DNA of 63,651 nucleotides, the filler included, from Olpidium bornovanus S191 (lineage: Eukaryota; Fungi; Olpidiomycota): assembly GCA_017911155.1 (NCBI GenBank). It is 29 parts of 29 records of this genome, joined end to end, with 100 filler letters (N's around TTAATTAATTAA, not from the genome) between each part and the next. Parts side by side here need not be neighbours in the genome. Positions count along the whole stretch, not along the records: positions 59,698 to 60,810 come from JAEFCI010005923.1; positions 60,911 to 62,512 come from JAEFCI010005151.1; positions 62,613 to 63,651 come from JAEFCI010006647.1; 26 more parts are not named here. One strand, given 5' to 3'. Below, one piece after another: positions 60,335 to 63,651 of the stretch. Every line of letters starts with the position of its first letter. Positions within the stretch are counted from its first letter, which is position 1. The position numbers and the translations under genes were made by a program. The notes below the pieces were generated by a model. The model did not search any database, was not told the origin of the DNA, and saw only the letters and a list, made by a program, of their open reading frames with translations.

Positions 60335-60457
60335 CTCCCTCTCCCTCTCCCGCTGGTCCCTCTCGTTCTCGCGCAGCTCCTTCTCCCTCGCCTTCTCCTT
60401 CTCCTTCTCACGCTCCTTCGCCAGCTTCTGGTGCAGCCAGGTGCGCGGCGCCGACAT
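59841..60457 (-). CDS. First exon of a Ser/Thr protein kinase (STK33-like), with an RE/RD-repeat N-terminus
   Basis: Exon ends HHRMPDSSILESKYVLGRKLGQ|GTGAGT, the start of kinase subdomain I. The preceding HxR motif resembles STK33. The rest of the gene is missing. Confidence 0.55.
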
Positions 60458-60688
60458 GGCTCGCAGAGAAGATAGAGAGCGACGACGACCGACGACGAGA
60501 AAAGGCGCACGGACGGGCGGAGAGTTCTCTCCCCAGTTGCTCCCGGAAGAGAGAGTTTCTCCCGGCTTTCTTTCTCTTTTTCTTCTTTCTTTTCTTTCTT
60601 TCTTTCCTTTTTTCTTTTCTTTCTTTTCTTTCTTTCTTTCCTTTTTTCTTTCTTTTTCGTACTGCGGGTGTGTGTGAACAGTTTTTTT

Positions 60689-60720
<32 letters not shown>

Positions 60721-60732
60721 CCCCCCCCTTTT

Positions 60733-60789
<57 letters not shown>

Positions 60790-60910
60790 TCCCCCCCCCC
60801 CCCCCCCCCCNNNNNNNNNNNNNNNNNNNNNNNNNNNNNNNNNNNNNNNNNNNNTTAATTAATTAANNNNNNNNNNNNNNNNNNNNNNNNNNNNNNNNNN
60901 NNNNNNNNNN

Positions 60911-61930
60911 CAGCAGCTTCACCACGATCAATGCGCCTACGTGCGAGTAAGCGTACCAGGAAAGGGGTGGATTCTCGTCTGAGTCGACGACTTGGCCTTA
61001 TTTGCAACAAGCACGAGGGCGCTTCGGCATGCCAAGATGGAGCTGTTCGCTTCATTTAAGATGACCGACAGCCCCGGCATCTCGTCGCTACTCGGGATGC
61101 GAATCACGCGCTGCCGCAAAGCCGGGGCCCTGTGCATCGATTAACAGCAATACCTCCAAGGGATTATCACGAGGGCGGGGCTTTTGGACGCAAACCCTGC
61201 GCGCTTACCCGTACGCCCTGGGCACGGGGACTCCCTGGTCGCCGACGACACCAAGAACGCGGCGCTTCCGGGGGTGAGTTATCGAGAACTTGTCGGCTTG
61301 CTGCAACATGCAGCACAAGCAAGCATCGCACACAGACATCTCGTTTTCCTGGGCATGCTCGCTCACCATCAGGAGGCGCCATCTGGGGTCGAGCAAGCTG
61401 TCAGGCACCTCCTGCGGTATTTGAGAGGCACTCTGACGTGGATGCTGACATATCAGAGATTGGCCAAACAAGATACACGCGTCCCTGCTTACAGCGACGC
61501 TGACTACGGGGAATGTAGAAAAACACACTGGTCGACCAGCGGCATTGCCTTTTCAATTAGCGGGTGAGCCGTGGCTTGGCGCAGCTCCTGGCAAAGCACT
61601 GTCACACCTTTCAGTACGGAGGCCGAATACGTGCCTTGGCGGAGGCGACAGCCGTTTTGGAGGAATTCCTGGAGGAATTCCTGGACCGCGGATTCCCGCA
61701 GATCACCCTCTTCGAAGACAACTGTGGAGCGCATGTGCTGGCGGAACACGCGGTGTACCACCCGAGAACGAAACATATTAACATCCCATGGCACTACATC
61801 AGGGAGCAAGTCTAGGCAGGAGGAACTCGCAATCAAGCCTATTTGCTTCGGCAGCCATGGTCGCAGACGTGCTAACGAAGGGGTTATCACCCGCTAAGCA
61901 CCTGCACTGCGCGCAGGCTCTGGGGCTGAT
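60911..61930 (+). mobile_element. Decayed Ty1/copia RT C-terminus and RNase H
   Basis: SSLLGMRITR, SYRELVGLL, AVRHLLRYLRGT, AYSDADYGE...STSG, W.S..QSTV...STEAEY, TLFEDNCGA...YHPRTKHINIPWHYIRE, MVADVLTKGL; contains stops and frameshifts. Confidence 0.93.
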
Positions 61931-61978
61931 GGCGACGGAAGAGGGAGAGGTGGGCGATGCGCATGGGAACTTCGCGTC

Positions 61979-62212
61979 GAGGGAGGGGGGGGGTGTTGGC
62001 GGCATCGATTCTTAGTTGTCACGTGACCTCCGCAGCCGGCGTCTCGCACCCTCCCCAGTGCTGTCCTCCTCCGCCCGTGCGGGCGAACGATACAAAGGCG
62101 AAAACGCCGGTACAGTGGAGACGACATTTTTGATGAGCCCCCCCGGCAAGTGCCGCAGAGTTTGCTGTGAAGGGCATATGCACGCCTACTGGCCCCAGCG
62201 TCGTAATCAACA
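61979..62212 (+). mobile_element. Polypurine tract (61979-61993) and probable 3' LTR (61994-62212)
   Basis: GAGGGAGGGGGGGGG directly followed by TGTTGG; the first downstream TCAACA is at 62207-62212. Right boundary unverified. Confidence 0.65.
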
Positions 62213-63651
62213 TCACAAACCTTTCAGATTGGCCAAGGCAAATCCGCAAAAAAGGTCATCGGTGTCTACATACCGTTATCGACCACCAACTGCAATGTCA
62301 CCGAGACCGGCTTCGACTTGTTAGCCGGTGGCGCATACAGTTGACGATCCCTCCGCGCACCTTGCTGTGTCAAATGTTGCGACATATGAAACGACAAAGG
62401 CGGACCTCTCAGAGTCGGAAGACTTAAAGGCAACGACTGCGTCAGCAATGTTGGATCGCCGGCCCGGGGTGAGCTGGGAGAGTATCCCTGGCGACCTCAA
62501 TGTTGGCCATGGNNNNNNNNNNNNNNNNNNNNNNNNNNNNNNNNNNNNNNNNNNNNTTAATTAATTAANNNNNNNNNNNNNNNNNNNNNNNNNNNNNNNN
62601 NNNNNNNNNNNNGAACGACTAAGGCTTCCGGTCTTTTGCTACACGTATGCAGCCTTCCTCCTGAACGAAAAAAGGCTTCGCTGAGAAAAAAGAAAAGGAA
62701 AGTCAATACATTTCTAACCTCGCGGCGCGCATGCTGGGCGACGAGAAAAGCAGAAGCCAAACGCATCAAATTTTTTCCAGCGTCAGCACGGCTACCGCAC
62801 CATTTCGACCTGTTCCGAAAAACAGAAAAATTCGAAGAAAGCTTGGAAAGTGTGCACACTCCAGCTGTTTGCGCGCTCTTGACGAATGGAGGGGAAGTAA
62901 GGCGGTGGGGGGGGATTTCGTTCTTTCATGTACTCCCCTTTTTTTTAGTTTGGGTCTTATGGAATTTTGGCCCAAAAAGCGTCGCGGAAAAATCCACGCA
63001 GACTTCGTCCCGCTTCCTAGAGAAGGGTAATGTGCCACACCCCCTCGCACCACGCGCGGCAAATTCCGCTCGTACCCCCCCCCCCCCACCCCCCCTTAAC
63101 CCTTAGTACACCTTGATGAACATTCTGTTTCCGACGTCTCGTCGCCGTCGCGTCTCGTGCTTGCGCTCCGCCATCTTCCTCATTGGCTCCGAAAACAACA
63201 GTCAAAAATTATCCCTTCCCACCCCTTTACGAAGTTCCGCGGATCGGGTTGGCTGCGAAGTCAGTTACTCCCTTATAAACTATATTGGGCTTAACTGCAC
63301 CCAGCTTCATTTCGCCTTTGAGTGCAAATTGAGCAGCAGCTCCCTGATGGCATCGTGGTGTGCCAATACCTGGTATGTGCTCCAGCATTGTAATGCACTA
63401 TGTGTTCCGGCTGCTGGGCAGCGAGCGGCGTGCAGAGCAGGCAAGTGGTCCGCTGATGTGGTATGTGCTGGAGTAGTTGGGGGAGAAAGGGGGCCATCCC
63501 AAGCTGGCTGGAAGGAAGTGGGGTTTGGCCAAAAAGAAATACCGGATGAACATAAAGAAATGGCTTTGTGGCACGAGCTCGGAGTGCGTGGACATTTAAA
63601 GCGTTCCATTGGACGATTACAAACAGCAGATTCAACTGACTTGCTACATGA

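Overview
The window is not one locus. It is 29 short contigs (about 1-6 kb) joined by 28 artificial 100-nt spacers (N44-TTAATTAATTAA-N44), so adjacency across spacers means nothing. The DNA is from a GC-rich, intron-rich eukaryote with fungal-type genes. An LRRC9 orthologue and an STK33-like kinase start suggest a flagellated (zoosporic) early-diverging fungus; this is inference. Recognisable, mostly partial, spliced genes: AP-1 mu, pyruvate kinase, HRD1, STE50-like SAM-RA adaptor, RSE1/SF3B3, OYE flavin reductase, mitochondrial uS15, DENN protein, P2-type ATPase, MO25/Hym1, alpha-COP, OSCA/TMEM63, SCYL1/Cex1, PPIL1, RimJ-type GNAT, a small SET protein, a complete group-I G-alpha, LRRC9 and a CAP-Gly/EF-hand protein. 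There are also many decayed Ty3/gypsy, Ty1/copia and Tc1/IS630-like fragments. Most interesting signals: (1) contig 33461-35575, where a PrimPol/AEP-like primase 5' end (fused to copia RT) lies beside two perfect 14-bp palindromes and a duplicated block of 15-nt and 29-nt iteron-like repeats, with a divergent intronless orphan ORF on the other side, resembling a remnant of a plasmid/virus-like replicon; (2) an intact >620-codon ORF whose homeodomain departs from consensus mainly by single T>C changes, including W48>R; (3) an array of 10 hairpins with invariant stems and variable loops in a copia 5' leader, with a related motif array in a second copia leader; (4) 24 of 58 contig ends carry CATG. 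No rRNA, tRNA or CRISPR array was found. All family assignments are from motif recognition by eye, not database searches.
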